A DNA stretch of 64,000 bases from Oscillospiraceae bacterium (GCA_009782475.1 WRIZ01000007.1:2132-66131); one strand, 5' to 3'. Counted from the stretch's first letter, positions 20,708 to 32,647 are shown. The notes: a model not told the origin generated them from the letters alone. Translations and numbers: made by a program.

Positions 20708-22010
20708 GATAATCCTCTCCTTTTTACGCAATGTTCGAGTTTCAACACATCGTATATATCTTCGTCGAATAATACAGACCGTTGTCGGTATTTGTCTATT
20801 GGTAAGGTTTCTAATGTTTCGCCGTTTTCGGCGCAATCCCTGACCAACGCCCCGGCGACGCCGTAGGCTTGGCGGAACGGCATCCCCTTGCCAACCAAGT
20901 AATCGGCGCAGTCGGTGGCGTTGAGGAACCCTTCGGCTGCCGCCGCCCGCATTCGGGATTTGTTAAACGCAATGGCTTCCATCATCGGGGTGAAGGCTTC
21001 CAAACAGGCTTCAACAGTGTCCAGCGCGCCGAACAGGGCTTCCTTATCCTCCTGCATATCCTTGTTATACGCCAGCGGCAGCCCCTTCATCACCGTTAAT
21101 AGCCCCATCAAATGCCCGAAGACGCGCCCCGATTTGCCGCGGATCAACTCGCATATATCAGGGTTTTTCTTCTGCGGCATTATCGACGAGCCGGTGGAGA
21201 AAGCGTCGGGCAGGGTTGCGAACCCGAACTCTGAGGAACACCACAGGATGACCTCCTCGGCCATACGGGAGAGATGCACCATCAGGATGGAGAGGGCGGA
21301 CAATGCTTCTAGCACGAAATCCCGGTCGCTCACCGCGTCCATCGGATTGGCACAGGGGCGTGTAAAGCCTAACGCCTTTGCTGGGATAGAACGGTCGATA
21401 GAGTAGGTCGTTCCAGCCAGCGCGCCCGCGCCCAGCGGGCATTCGTCCATACGAACGATAGCATCTGTCAATCGGGCGTTATCGCGCGATAGCATTTCGA
21501 CCCACGCGCCGAGATGGAGTGTCAGCGTCACCGGCTGCGCCCGCTGGAGGTGGGTATATCCGGGCATGACGGTTGCTTGATGCTCGTTGATCCGCGAATC
21601 CAGTGTTTCCAACAGTTTGCCGATCTGCTCCTGTAACTTTGCTAACGCCGATTTAGTGTAAAGGCGCAAGTCTGCCGCCACCTGATCGTTGCGGCTCCGC
21701 CCGGTGTGCAGGCGTTTTCCGGCGTCGCCGACGCGTTTGGTCAGTTCGGCTTCGACGAAGGTGTGGATGTCCTCGGCGGCCGGGTCGATGTCCAGCCCGC
21801 CGCTTTCAAGGTCGGCCGCAATGCCCTTTAGTCCGGCGTCAATGGCGGCGGCGTCTTCCTTGCTGATGACGCCGCATTCACCCAGCATGGCGGCGTGGGC
21901 GATTGAGCCTTGAATATCCTCCCGCCACATCCGCGCGTCAAACCCGACCGAGCGGTTGAATGCCTCGAGCGCGGGGTTGACGTCACCACTTGTCCTCCCT
22001 GACCACAGTT

Positions 22011-22014
<4 letters not shown>
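20704..22014 (-). CDS. argH: Argininosuccinate lyase
   Basis: [42 protein letters not shown]. Confidence 0.98.
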
Positions 22015-23216
<1,202 letters not shown>

Positions 23217-23239
23217 CAGAATAGCTCCTCCCTTTGCTT

Positions 23240-23278
23240 GTGTTTATATTTATAACACATGATGAATAATAATGCAAT
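23240..23278 (-). promoter_or_regulatory. arg operon promoter (TTGCAT-N17-TATAAA) overlapped by tandem ARG boxes
   Basis: GATGAATAATAATGCAAT (23261-23278) matches TGAAT-N4-ATTCA; a weaker box lies 3 bp away. Confidence 0.7.
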
Positions 23279-23297
23279 ACCCTCTTTGAACTTTTCC

Positions 23298-23326
23298 TTG
23301 AAATTTTTGAACGCTTGGGTTATAAT
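23298..23326 (+). promoter_or_regulatory. sigma-A promoter TTGAAA-N17-TATAAT for cheRBD
   Basis: Consensus boxes upstream of cheR. Confidence 0.7.
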
Positions 23327-23354
23327 GTTTCCAATGCTCTGCAAAGGGGGAACG

Positions 23355-24176
23355 ATGCAGTTGGACGGGGCGCATATAACCCATAAGGAATTCATCACCT
23401 TGGTCAGGTATATCAAGGAAAATTACGGCGTCAACCTCGAACAGAAGCTCACCCTTGTCGAAGGCCGCCTTTGGAATGTAATCAAGCAAAAAGGTTTTTC
23501 ATCGCTGGAGGAGTTTTTCAATTACGCCATTACCGACAAGTCGGGCACCGAGATCAAAACGCTGCTCACCCGCCTGACGACCAATTATACATATTTCATG
23601 CGGGAAGACGTGCATTACACCTTCCTGACAGGAACCTTCCTGCCCGAATTGGTTTCCAAACTGAAAACCAAAGACCTGCGCATATGGAGTGCCGGAAGTT
23701 CTTCCGGCGAGGAGGCTTACACCGCCGCCATGGTGCTCGACGACTATTTCGGCGCGGCGAAAAGCCAATGGGACGCCAAAATACTGGCGACAGACATCTC
23801 GCCGCAGGTGCTGCAAATGGCCGAAGAAGCCGTTTATCCCGAAGACCGCTTGAAAAATCTGCCCGCCGCTTGGAAAACAAAATACTTCACCAAAGAACCG
23901 GGCGATCAATTCCGTGTGAAACCCGAAATCAAGAAGGAAGTTATCTTCCGCCCGTTTAACCTGATGGAGCCTTTCCCCTTCAAAAAACCATTTCATGTCA
24001 TCTTTTGCCGCAATGTTATGATCTATTTCGATAAACCCACCCGGGACGGCCTGATCGAACGGTATTACGACGCGCTGGAACCGGGGGGGTACCTTTTTAT
24101 CGGTCTCTCGGAGACGGTGGATAAAACGGTGACGCGATTCGAGTTTGTCAAACCTTCCATATATCGGAAAGCATAA
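23355..24176 (+). CDS. cheR: Chemotaxis methyltransferase
   Basis: TTNYTYFMRE, RIWSAG.SSGEEAY, ILATDIS, IFCRNVMIYFD, GLSE. Confidence 0.97.
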   Translation: MQLDGAHITHKEFITLVRYIKENYGVNLEQKLTLVEGRLWNVIKQKGFSSLEEFFNYAITDKSGTEIKTLLTRLTTNYTYFMREDVHYTFLTGTFLPELVSKLKTKDLRIWSAGSSSGEEAYTAAMVLDDYFGAAKSQWDAKILATDISPQVLQMAEEAVYPEDRLKNLPAAWKTKYFTKEPGDQFRVKPEIKKEVIFRPFNLMEPFPFKKPFHVIFCRNVMIYFDKPTRDGLIERYYDALEPGGYLFIGLSETVDKTVTRFEFVKPSIYRKA

Positions 24177-24199
24177 CCATACGGAGAGGGGCGGAGCCT

Positions 24200-25216
24200 A
24201 TGCCGCGCGGTAAAATCAGGGTTCTGGTAGTAGATGATTCTCTCTTTTTCCGCAGTATGCTGGTGAAGGGCTTATCGGCGGCGGACGGCATCGAAGTCGT
24301 GGGCGAGGCCTTTGACCCGTATGACGCCCGTGACCGTCTGCTCGGTTTAGAGCCGGACATCATGACGCTGGACATCGAAATGCCAAACATGAACGGCGTT
24401 GAGTTTCTCAAAATCCTGCTTCCGCAATGGAATATTCCGGTGGTGGTCATTTCGAGCCGGGGTGACCTTGCCGACGCCGCGAAACGCGCCGGCGCGGCCG
24501 ATTTCTTTCAAAAACCGGACGCCAACAGCAAATCCGCTGTCGCCAACTTTCTCAAGGATTTGCCGGATCGAGTCCGCGCGGCCGCCCGCAAGAGCAAAAC
24601 GGCTTCCGCCCTTCCGGCGGAAACAGCCGGTTCGGCAAGCTGCGTGGTCGCGCTGGGCGCGTCGACCGGCGGGACACAGGCCACAGCCCGGATCGTACAG
24701 GCTCTTCCGGCGGATTTTCCGGGAATGGTGGTCGTGCAGCACATGCCGCCCGACTTCACCAAAATGTACGCGACAAACCTCGACCGCGACTGCCGGATGC
24801 GGGTGGCCGAAGCGCGGGACGGCGACAAGATCGAGCACGGCAAAGTCCTGATCGCGCCCGGCGGCGATTCACACCTGGAAGTACAGCGGCGCGCCGACGG
24901 GAATTTCGTGCGGCTGGCCAGAGGCGAAAAGGTCAACGGTCACTGCCCCTCGGTCGACACCCTCTTTTACTCGGCGGCTAAGTACCTGCCGGGGAAAAAC
25001 ACCGTTGGTGTTATCCTGACCGGTATGGGGGCGGACGGCGCGCGCGGTCTGATGGCCATGCGGAACGCCGGATCGTATACCGTCGGGCAGGACGAGAAAA
25101 GCTCGGTTGTATACGGGATGCCGCGCGAAGCCTTCGAGATGGGTGCCGTGACCCGGCAGGCTCCGCTGGAAGCCATCGCGGAGCTATTGATCAGGTATGT
25201 AAAGAATCTAAAATAA
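24200..25216 (+). CDS. cheB: Chemotaxis methylesterase response regulator
   Basis: Receiver VVDDS/TLDIEMP; GASTGG, QHMP, PSVD, LTGMGADGA. Confidence 0.98.
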   Translation: MPRGKIRVLVVDDSLFFRSMLVKGLSAADGIEVVGEAFDPYDARDRLLGLEPDIMTLDIEMPNMNGVEFLKILLPQWNIPVVVISSRGDLADAAKRAGAADFFQKPDANSKSAVANFLKDLPDRVRAAARKSKTASALPAETAGSASCVVALGASTGGTQATARIVQALPADFPGMVVVQHMPPDFTKMYATNLDRDCRMRVAEARDGDKIEHGKVLIAPGGDSHLEVQRRADGNFVRLARGEKVNGHCPSVDTLFYSAAKYLPGKNTVGVILTGMGADGARGLMAMRNAGSYTVGQDEKSSVVYGMPREAFEMGAVTRQAPLEAIAELLIRYVKNLK

Positions 25217-25232
25217 CAACATAGGTGGAAAT

Positions 25233-25832
25233 ATGGAACATGTGGTTGGTATCGGGGGATACGCCGTTTCAGGAAGCCCCGATGACGTCATAAAGACCTT
25301 CGCGCTGTCCACCTGCGTCGGGCTGGTGTACTACAGTATGCGCAAGCGCGCCATGGCGATGGCGCACATCCAGCTCCCGGTCTGCCGTTCGATGAGCGCG
25401 GGCGACAAACCCAGCCGCTTTGCCGACCTCGCGGCGGAGTTTTTACTCAAAGAGATGCAGCAGAAACACGGCATCACGCCGCGCGAAGTGCTGATCAGCC
25501 TCTACGGCGGCATTGACGGACGGGGGGCGGGCGACTGCTTCCGCATCGGGGAAAAAAACCTCCAAACGGTCAAGGACGCCCTGCGAAAGCTCGGGCTGCC
25601 GTATAACGAAGTCGATACCGGCGGGCAAGAAAGCCGGACATTGGTGGCGTACACCTCCACAGGCATTGTGGAAGTCATCAAACGCCCGATGGCATTCAGC
25701 GGCCTCGGAGCCGCCCCAAGACCGGGGCCGCAGGGGCCGGCGGGAGCCGCCGCGAGGACGGGGCCTTTGGGGCCGGCCGCGAGAACCGGGCCGCAAGGGC
25801 CGGCGGGACGGGGGCTGGGTTTCCTCAGATAA
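25233..25832 (+). CDS. cheD: Chemoreceptor glutamine deamidase with GP-rich tail
   Basis: TFALSTCVG (catalytic Cys), MAHIQLP, RFAD, LYGG, IGEKN, DTGG..SRT. Confidence 0.88.
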   Translation: MEHVVGIGGYAVSGSPDDVIKTFALSTCVGLVYYSMRKRAMAMAHIQLPVCRSMSAGDKPSRFADLAAEFLLKEMQQKHGITPREVLISLYGGIDGRGAGDCFRIGEKNLQTVKDALRKLGLPYNEVDTGGQESRTLVAYTSTGIVEVIKRPMAFSGLGAAPRPGPQGPAGAAARTGPLGPAARTGPQGPAGRGLGFLR

Positions 25833-25907
25833 GCCTTGACTGACGCATAATTTTGTGATAAACTGCAAAATATGCACTATTGGTAGTGGTGAAGGGGGTG
25901 TACGCGC

Positions 25908-26612
25908 ATGAACGGGATCGGCAGCCTTGCGGATACCAAGGTCAGAGAGGTCATGCAGGGCGTACAGCTCCGTTTAGCCGAAATCGAAAACCGCACGGGA
26001 TTGACCTTCGGAGCTTACTTAACGCGCGCCCAGGTTTGGGAAGAGGCGGGGGTAGACAGTGTCGCCTTTGCCCAAAGCCTTGCCGAAACACAAAAGGATA
26101 CGGCCGGACAGATTGATTTGAACAAATACAGCCCCGCCGTGAAAACCGGCGCCTTTTCCCGTTTGGCCGAGAGCGAATACGACGGACTGTTCGCCGAAGC
26201 CGCCGACCGCTACGGCATAAACGCCGCTTTGATCAAGGCGGTCGCATTCGCCGAAAGCAATTTCCGCCCCGGTGCCGTTTCCAAATCGGGCGCGATGGGG
26301 CTGATGCAGCTCATGCCGTTCACCGCCGAAGCCTTGGGGGTGGACGACCCGTTTGACCCGGCGCAGAACGTAGACGGCGGGGCGCGGCTCATTTCACAGC
26401 ACCTCGACCGCTTCAACGGCGACGCGCTGCTGGCTTTAGCCGCCTACAACGCCGGCCCCAACGGCGTGACCTCGCGTGGGATCACCGACCTGACCGACCC
26501 GGAACAGCGAAACTGGCTTCCTTCGGAGACAAAAGGCTATTTGGAGCGGATCGAACGGTATCTCGACGCGGCGCAGGCACTCTATGTGCTGGACGCTCCT
26601 TACGCGGTTTGA
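25908..26612 (+). CDS. Lytic transglycosylase (SLT domain)
   Basis: AESNF...AVSKSGAMGLMQLMP, QNVDGG, LAAYNAG, ETKGY. Confidence 0.93.
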   Translation: MNGIGSLADTKVREVMQGVQLRLAEIENRTGLTFGAYLTRAQVWEEAGVDSVAFAQSLAETQKDTAGQIDLNKYSPAVKTGAFSRLAESEYDGLFAEAADRYGINAALIKAVAFAESNFRPGAVSKSGAMGLMQLMPFTAEALGVDDPFDPAQNVDGGARLISQHLDRFNGDALLALAAYNAGPNGVTSRGITDLTDPEQRNWLPSETKGYLERIERYLDAAQALYVLDAPYAV

Positions 26613-26711
26613 GGAAAATTGCCGGAAATTGCCGATTGTGGCTTAGTATGCAAACTACCATAACGATAAACAATACATACAGGCATTTCCAAAAGGGATG
26701 TGAATTGATTT

Positions 26712-27125
26712 ATGTTCAATAAAATGTTCCGCCAAATCGACCTGATGCAGCGGGGCATGGACGCCGCTTGGATGAGGCAGGAAGTCATCTCCCATAACAT
26801 CGCCAATGTCGATACGCCGGGGTATAAAGCCCAGCACGTCGAATTTGAGGTCGTCCTCAGAGCGGCTTTGGCCGGTGAAGGAACATTGGAAGCCGCCGTG
26901 ACCCACCCCAAACACATCCGCATGGGCGGCGTACCCGACCCGACCCGGGCGCAGCCGGTCACCGTAACGGACAACCACTATGTCATCCGCATGGACGGCA
27001 ACAACGTGGACATCGATCACGAGATGAACGCGATGGCCTCCAACTATATCCGCTACAGCACCATGCAGCAGCAGCTCAACGGAGAGTTCGGCAGATTGAA
27101 AATGGTGATCAGGGAGGGTAAATAA
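26712..27125 (+). CDS. flgB: Flagellar basal-body rod protein FlgB
   Basis: NIANVDTPGYK, RMDGNNVDID.EM. Confidence 0.97.
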   Translation: MFNKMFRQIDLMQRGMDAAWMRQEVISHNIANVDTPGYKAQHVEFEVVLRAALAGEGTLEAAVTHPKHIRMGGVPDPTRAQPVTVTDNHYVIRMDGNNVDIDHEMNAMASNYIRYSTMQQQLNGEFGRLKMVIREGK

Positions 27126-27568
27126 TGTCCATCTTCCGCAGCATGGAGATCAGTTCTTCCGGCATGAGTGCCCAGCGTTTCCGCATGGACGTCATTGCCC
27201 AAAACATCTCCAACGAAGACAACACCCGTACCGCCGACGGCAGCCCGTACCGCCGCAGGATGGTTGTTTTTCAGGAGAAAAACAACCCCTATCTCTTTTC
27301 CAATTATCTTCAGGCCGTGCAGCAGCGCACAGTCGGAATGGGCGTTAAAGCCACACATGTGGCGGAAGACCGAAAGACCGATTTCAAGATCATCTACGAC
27401 CCGGCTCACCCGGACGCCGACGAAGAGGGCTATGTGCGCTACCCCAATGTGGATCGGGAGCAGGAACTGGTGGATATGCTCTCGGCGTTGCGTTCGTATG
27501 AAGCAAACGTCACCGCGCTGAACAATTTCAAGAACATGGCGATGAAGGCTTTGGAAATCGGCAGATAA
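27125..27568 (+). CDS. flgC: Flagellar basal-body rod protein FlgC
   Basis: SGMSAQRFRMDVIAQNI, PYRRR, HPDADEEGYV.YPNV, RSYEAN. Confidence 0.97.
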   Translation: MSIFRSMEISSSGMSAQRFRMDVIAQNISNEDNTRTADGSPYRRRMVVFQEKNNPYLFSNYLQAVQQRTVGMGVKATHVAEDRKTDFKIIYDPAHPDADEEGYVRYPNVDREQELVDMLSALRSYEANVTALNNFKNMAMKALEIGR

Positions 27569-27592
27569 TTTCTATTTTAGGAGTGTGGTTCC

Positions 27593-27925
27593 GTGGCTAT
27601 CGAGTCGATCAACTTCAACAACAATCAAGTTTTGCTTCCTTCCCTGATGACCGCCGGGCGTGTGCAGGACGCCCAGCCGCCCATTTTGCCGGGCGCGGCT
27701 CCGATGGTGTCCTTCTCCGACTTTCTCAACGAATCGATGAACAACACCGTGGCGGCCGACGCCGGAAGCAAAGCCGCCGGGATCGATATGCTTTTGGGCG
27801 GCGAACAGGATCTGCACAGCATCCTGATCGCCGGGCAGAAAGCCGACGTTTTGCTCAACCTCACCGTCCAAATCCGCAACAAGATGGTTGAGTCTTATCA
27901 AGAAATCATGAGAATGCAGGTGTAA
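27593..27925 (+). CDS. fliE: Flagellar hook-basal body protein FliE
   Basis: SFSDFL...DLH.I.IA..KA...VQIRNKMVESYQEIMRMQV. Confidence 0.96.
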   Translation: MAIESINFNNNQVLLPSLMTAGRVQDAQPPILPGAAPMVSFSDFLNESMNNTVAADAGSKAAGIDMLLGGEQDLHSILIAGQKADVLLNLTVQIRNKMVESYQEIMRMQV

Positions 27926-27928
27926 GCA

Positions 27929-29521
27929 TTGGAATTCCTGCGTGGTATCTTCGGTCGCATACGCGGCTGGTTCTCGGGAATATGGGAAAAGACGGAAAAG
28001 CGCGACCGCACGCGCTTTCTTGTCATTTCATCCATCGCGCTTGTGCTGATCATCGCGGCCTGGATGATGCTCAACAACAGCAGATACACCGAACTGACCA
28101 CCATCAGCGATCCCGCGTCGTTTCGCGCCGCAACCGGCGTTCTCACGGATAACAAGATCAGTTATAAGACCTCGGGGAACACTATACTGGTAAACAAAAA
28201 GTATGAAATTGACGCCGCAATGTTTTTGGCGCAGTCGGATGATGTGTTTGACGGGGTAGACATCTCCATTTATGAAGCCGCAATGGGTTTAACATCAACC
28301 GACGCTGATCGGAGAATGCTTAGTAAGGTTCAAGTGGAATCCAATATAAACAAAATGCTTATGAAAACAGCATTTATCGCCCATGCTGATATTCAGCTCA
28401 ATTACCCGGATAATAAAAATGTATATCACGGTGACGAAGAGCCCCGGACAGCGGCGGCTATGCTTGTTACGACACAAGATATAACCAGAGACCAGGTTAA
28501 TACGGTCGAGAGCGTGATCAGCAGAGCCGCAGGCGTACTGCCGGAGAACATAGAGATCATGGATCAATATATGCGCAACCTCAATAAAAAAGATGAGGAC
28601 AGCTTCTTTGTCAACATGGGAAAGGGTTATGAATATAAACTGAGGTATGAGCAGGATTTGGAAAAAGGGTTTGCGCAGATGCTCACACCGCTGTATGGCT
28701 CTAATAATTTCAGGGTCAGTGTCGCAGCCAAATTCAATCATGATTCGGTTACCGAGCATAAGGTCGTTTTTGAACCCGTTGTTGACGAAGACGGCATCCC
28801 CCGTTCCACTATGGAAATTTTGGAGCACGCTAGGGGGCTCGGTCTTCCGGGCGGGTTCCCGGGAACCGACCCAAACGGGTTGGGGATGGACGCCGACGAG
28901 TATGTGGAGATGTTGGATCAAACGATGAGCGAATACGACAAACAGCACAGAAGCACCAACTATGAGATCAATGAGACCAATACGACCACCATACGAGACC
29001 CCGTTGTTTTAGAAAGAATAAACGCTTCGGTGGTCATCAACTCCAACGGTCTTGAAGCGAATGAAATGAACGCGGCCGCCATACAATCGCTGCTTGGCGC
29101 GATTTTACTGCTGCCGCCCAGTGAATACAGGAACATTTCGGTAGAGTTCATGCCGATGAAGGGTCTCGAAGCACGCGAAGCGGAGCTCGAAAAATTGGAA
29201 GAGGAGCAGAAACGCCAGGAAACCTATACCCTCATCCAGACGTTGGTTCTCTACGGCATCATCGGTATCTGCATCATCCTCATCATCCTGAGAACCTTCG
29301 CTTTCCTCAAACCGCCTGTGGTGGAAGTTCCGATGGATCTGTACGCCGGCGACGCCGGCGAATACACCGACCTTTTGGAAGCCGCTCAAATGACAAGCGA
29401 GCTCGAAGTCACCAAAACACCGTCGCGCGAGCGCATTGAGGAGTTTATCAACAGCAACCCCGAAGCCGTGGCCACCATGCTTCGCGCATGGCTTCAGGAT
29501 GAAGAAGACCGCAGCTGGTAA
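27929..29521 (+). CDS. fliF: Flagellar M-ring protein FliF (divergent)
   Basis: Two TM segments, position between fliE and fliG, NYEINET motif, C-terminal NPEAVATMLRAWL. Confidence 0.9.
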   Translation: MEFLRGIFGRIRGWFSGIWEKTEKRDRTRFLVISSIALVLIIAAWMMLNNSRYTELTTISDPASFRAATGVLTDNKISYKTSGNTILVNKKYEIDAAMFLAQSDDVFDGVDISIYEAAMGLTSTDADRRMLSKVQVESNINKMLMKTAFIAHADIQLNYPDNKNVYHGDEEPRTAAAMLVTTQDITRDQVNTVESVISRAAGVLPENIEIMDQYMRNLNKKDEDSFFVNMGKGYEYKLRYEQDLEKGFAQMLTPLYGSNNFRVSVAAKFNHDSVTEHKVVFEPVVDEDGIPRSTMEILEHARGLGLPGGFPGTDPNGLGMDADEYVEMLDQTMSEYDKQHRSTNYEINETNTTTIRDPVVLERINASVVINSNGLEANEMNAAAIQSLLGAILLLPPSEYRNISVEFMPMKGLEAREAELEKLEEEQKRQETYTLIQTLVLYGIIGICIILIILRTFAFLKPPVVEVPMDLYAGDAGEYTDLLEAAQMTSELEVTKTPSRERIEEFINSNPEAVATMLRAWLQDEEDRSW

Positions 29522-29543
29522 ATATGAAAGGTGGTGAACCGTC

Positions 29544-30557
29544 TTGGCGGTAAAAACGGAAAAACTAAGCGGACGCGAAAAGGCGGCCATCCTTCTGATC
29601 GCGCTCGGAAAAGATTACTCTTCAAAAATATTCCAGCATCTCAAAGATGAGGAGATCGAGCAGCTTACGCTCGACATCACCAATGTGCGCCGGATCGACG
29701 CCGAAACGAAAGACGAAATCATCAATGAGTTTTATGAGGAATGCCTGACGCAGAACTATATTTCCGAAGGCGGCATCGACTACGCCCGCGAGCTCTTAGA
29801 GCAATCGATCGGGTCGACGCGCGCCCTTGAGTTGATTTCCCGCCTGACCTCTTCCCTTCAGGTGCGCCCCTTTGATTTTGCGCGGAAGACCGACCCCAAT
29901 CAAATTCTGAACTTCATCTCAAATGAGCATCCGCAGACCATCGCCTTGATTTTATCCTATCTCGAACCGTCCACGGCGGCGGCGATATTGAGCAAACTGC
30001 CCAACGAAAAGCAGACCCAAGTCGTTGTGCGCATCTCCACGATGGATCGCACCAGCCCCGAGTATGTGCGCGAAGTGGAGCGTATCCTAGACCGTAAATT
30101 GAGCAGCATGGGCGTCGACGACTTCACCGTTGTAGGCGGCATCCAGTCCATTGTCGACATCCTCAACGCCGCCGACCGCGGCACAGAGCGCAGGGTTTTG
30201 GAAGAGTTGGAAGTCGACAACTCCGATCTTGTCGACGAGATCAGACGCAAGATGTTCGTGTTCGAAGACATCATCCGCCTCGACAAACGCGCCATCCAGC
30301 GCGTTCTCAAAGACGTCGAGAATGCCGATCTTACGGTTGCCCTCAAAAACGCCACCGAGGAACTGCGCAGCCTCATCTTTGAGAATATGTCCAAGCGTTT
30401 GTCTGAGATGATCCGGGAAGACATGGAATATATGGGGCCTGTGCGTGTGCGGGACGTTGAAGACGCGCAGCAAAAGATCGTAAACGTCATACGGAAACTC
30501 CAGGATGCGGGCGAGATCGTCATCTCGCGCGGCTCGGAGGATGAGCTCATTGTCTAG
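29544..30557 (+). CDS. fliG: Flagellar motor switch protein FliG
   Basis: KAAILLI.LG, EHPQTIALILSYL, MFVFEDI, GPVRVRDVE. Confidence 0.98.
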   Translation: MAVKTEKLSGREKAAILLIALGKDYSSKIFQHLKDEEIEQLTLDITNVRRIDAETKDEIINEFYEECLTQNYISEGGIDYARELLEQSIGSTRALELISRLTSSLQVRPFDFARKTDPNQILNFISNEHPQTIALILSYLEPSTAAAILSKLPNEKQTQVVVRISTMDRTSPEYVREVERILDRKLSSMGVDDFTVVGGIQSIVDILNAADRGTERRVLEELEVDNSDLVDEIRRKMFVFEDIIRLDKRAIQRVLKDVENADLTVALKNATEELRSLIFENMSKRLSEMIREDMEYMGPVRVRDVEDAQQKIVNVIRKLQDAGEIVISRGSEDELIV

Positions 30558-31353
30558 TCATACCGTTATAAACAATACCATTATCAAGAAAGACCGAACC
30601 CGTCTCCTGCCGCCGGAGAAAAGGCGGCCGGTGAATGTTGAAGAAGAAACCGAAGAGACCGCCATCGCGCGGGAAAGTGACTGGGAATCCGAACGCGACG
30701 CTTCTTATCAAGCCGCCTATGACGAAGTGATTGAAGCGGCACAGCAGGAAGTTTCTCTGATCTTGAAAGACGCACGGCATCAAGCCCGCGAACTTGTGGA
30801 ACAAGCCGAGGCCGGAGCCGACAAAGTGCGGGAAACGGCGTATACCGAAGGGTACAATAAGGGGTTTGAAACAGGGGTTTCCGAAGGCGCCGGCAGGGCG
30901 GAAAACGCGCTGGAAGGCCTTTTACGGGAAGGTCAGGATGAAGTTGACCGTGTTTTGGCCGCCGCGTTTGCCGAGCGGGACAAACTTCTCGATGATATGG
31001 AACCCAAAATCCTCCGCCTATCGCTTGATATAGCGCAGAAAATCATCCAACTGGAGCTGGATCAAAACGATCAAGCCTTCCTCTCCCTCGTCGCGGCAGC
31101 CCTTGACGTCATCAAATGCGAATCACGGGTGACATTACGGATCAACGCCGAACAGCATACAGGAACATTCCGTTCCAGAGCCGCGGCGCAGATCAAAACG
31201 GCGCAGGGGAGCATAGAAGCCGATATTGTCACCGATTTGGGCATTGAGCCGAACGGATGCCTGATTGAGAACGGGAACGGAACGGTGGATGCGTCTGTCG
31301 GCGCGCAGTTGGAGCAGATTGGAAGAAATTTAGGGTTAGAGCAATATGATTGA
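30550..31353 (+). CDS. fliH: Flagellar assembly protein FliH
   Basis: AxxxGxxxG repeats (AYTEGYNKGFETGVSEG), GCLIE.G.VDAS; TTG start at 30550. Confidence 0.9.
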   Translation: MSSHTVINNTIIKKDRTRLLPPEKRRPVNVEEETEETAIARESDWESERDASYQAAYDEVIEAAQQEVSLILKDARHQARELVEQAEAGADKVRETAYTEGYNKGFETGVSEGAGRAENALEGLLREGQDEVDRVLAAAFAERDKLLDDMEPKILRLSLDIAQKIIQLELDQNDQAFLSLVAAALDVIKCESRVTLRINAEQHTGTFRSRAAAQIKTAQGSIEADIVTDLGIEPNGCLIENGNGTVDASVGAQLEQIGRNLGLEQYD

Positions 31354-32647
31354 TTTTGAAAAGGTGACCAATGCCGTCAATCAAGGCAACTCGTTGAAAT
31401 ACTCCGGCAGCGTACAGGTGATTTCAGGTCTGACGGTGGAAGCCGGGGGTCCGGCCGTACAGATCGGCGAAATGTGCCGTATATATACGCTTGCGGGTGA
31501 CCGCTTTATGCCGGCCGAGGTGGTCGGCTTTCGTGACGGACGAGTCCTTTTAATGCCATACGGTGACCTCAACGGCGTCGGGCCGGGGAGCCGGGTGGTC
31601 TCCACCAACCGCACCTTGACCGTCCCGGTCAGCGAATCCTTAAAAGGCCGGGTTTTGAACGGGCTGGGGCATCCGCTGGACGGCGGGACGGCCATTGTGC
31701 CGGAGACGCATGTCCCGGTGGAAAACTCACCGCCCAACCCTCTCAGCCGCCCGATGATCGAAGAAGCCATGCCGATGGGGGTACGCGCCATCGACGGGAT
31801 GCTGACCTGCGGGCGCGGTCAGCGCATCGGTATCTTTGCCGGTTCGGGTGTTGGAAAAAGCACCTTGCTGGGTATGATCGCCCGCAACGCGAAAAGCGAC
31901 ATCAACGTCATCACCCTAATTGGGGAGCGCGGCCGCGAGGTCAACGGTTTTTTGAAAAACGACTTGGGTGAGGAAGGATTGAAACGCTCCATCGTCGTGG
32001 TGGCGTCAAGCGACCAGCCCGCCCTCATCCGCGCCAAATCGGCCATGGTCGGCACCTGCATCGCCGAATATTTCCGCGACAAGGGTTTGAATGTCTTGCT
32101 GATGATGGACAGCCTGACCCGTTACGCGATGGCACAGCGCGAGGTCGGGATGGCGGCGGGTGAACCGCCTGTCTCCCGCGGCTACACGCCTTCTGTTTAC
32201 ACCGTTATGCCCAAACTGCTGGAGCGGGCGGGCAACGCCCCGGCCGGTTCGATCACGGCTCTCTATACCGTTTTGGTGGAAGGCGACGACCTCAACGAAC
32301 CGATCACCGATACGGCGCGCGGCATCCTCGACGGGCATATCGTCCTGTCGCGCCGTATGGCCAACCGCAACCACTACCCGCCTATCGACGTGCTGGCGTC
32401 CATCTCCCGGCTGATGCCCGACGTGGCGTCAAAGGAGCATTATAAACAGGCCGGACGGCTCAAAAGCATGATGGCTGTTTACGACGACGTGCAGGACTTG
32501 ATCAATATCGGAGCCTATAAAACGGGGAGCAATCCCGACATCGACGCGGCCATTAAGCTGGTCAAGCCCATCAATGAATTTTTACAGCAGGAAGTGGCCG
32601 ACCCCAGCCCGTTTGAATTGACGCTTGAAAAGCTGATGGCGATATGA
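31346..32647 (+). CDS. fliI: Flagellar export ATPase FliI
   Basis: GQRIGIFAGSGVGKSTLLGM, MDSLTR, GEPP..RGY.PS, DGHIVLSR. Confidence 0.98.
   Translation: MIDFEKVTNAVNQGNSLKYSGSVQVISGLTVEAGGPAVQIGEMCRIYTLAGDRFMPAEVVGFRDGRVLLMPYGDLNGVGPGSRVVSTNRTLTVPVSESLKGRVLNGLGHPLDGGTAIVPETHVPVENSPPNPLSRPMIEEAMPMGVRAIDGMLTCGRGQRIGIFAGSGVGKSTLLGMIARNAKSDINVITLIGERGREVNGFLKNDLGEEGLKRSIVVVASSDQPALIRAKSAMVGTCIAEYFRDKGLNVLLMMDSLTRYAMAQREVGMAAGEPPVSRGYTPSVYTVMPKLLERAGNAPAGSITALYTVLVEGDDLNEPITDTARGILDGHIVLSRRMANRNHYPPIDVLASISRLMPDVASKEHYKQAGRLKSMMAVYDDVQDLINIGAYKTGSNPDIDAAIKLVKPINEFLQQEVADPSPFELTLEKLMAI

Noticed and set aside
26613-26711. sigma-D promoter or c-di-GMP riboswitch upstream of flgB
   Set aside because: Only weak matches (GCCGATTG, AACGATAA) with poor -35 or spacing; no riboswitch consensus seen.
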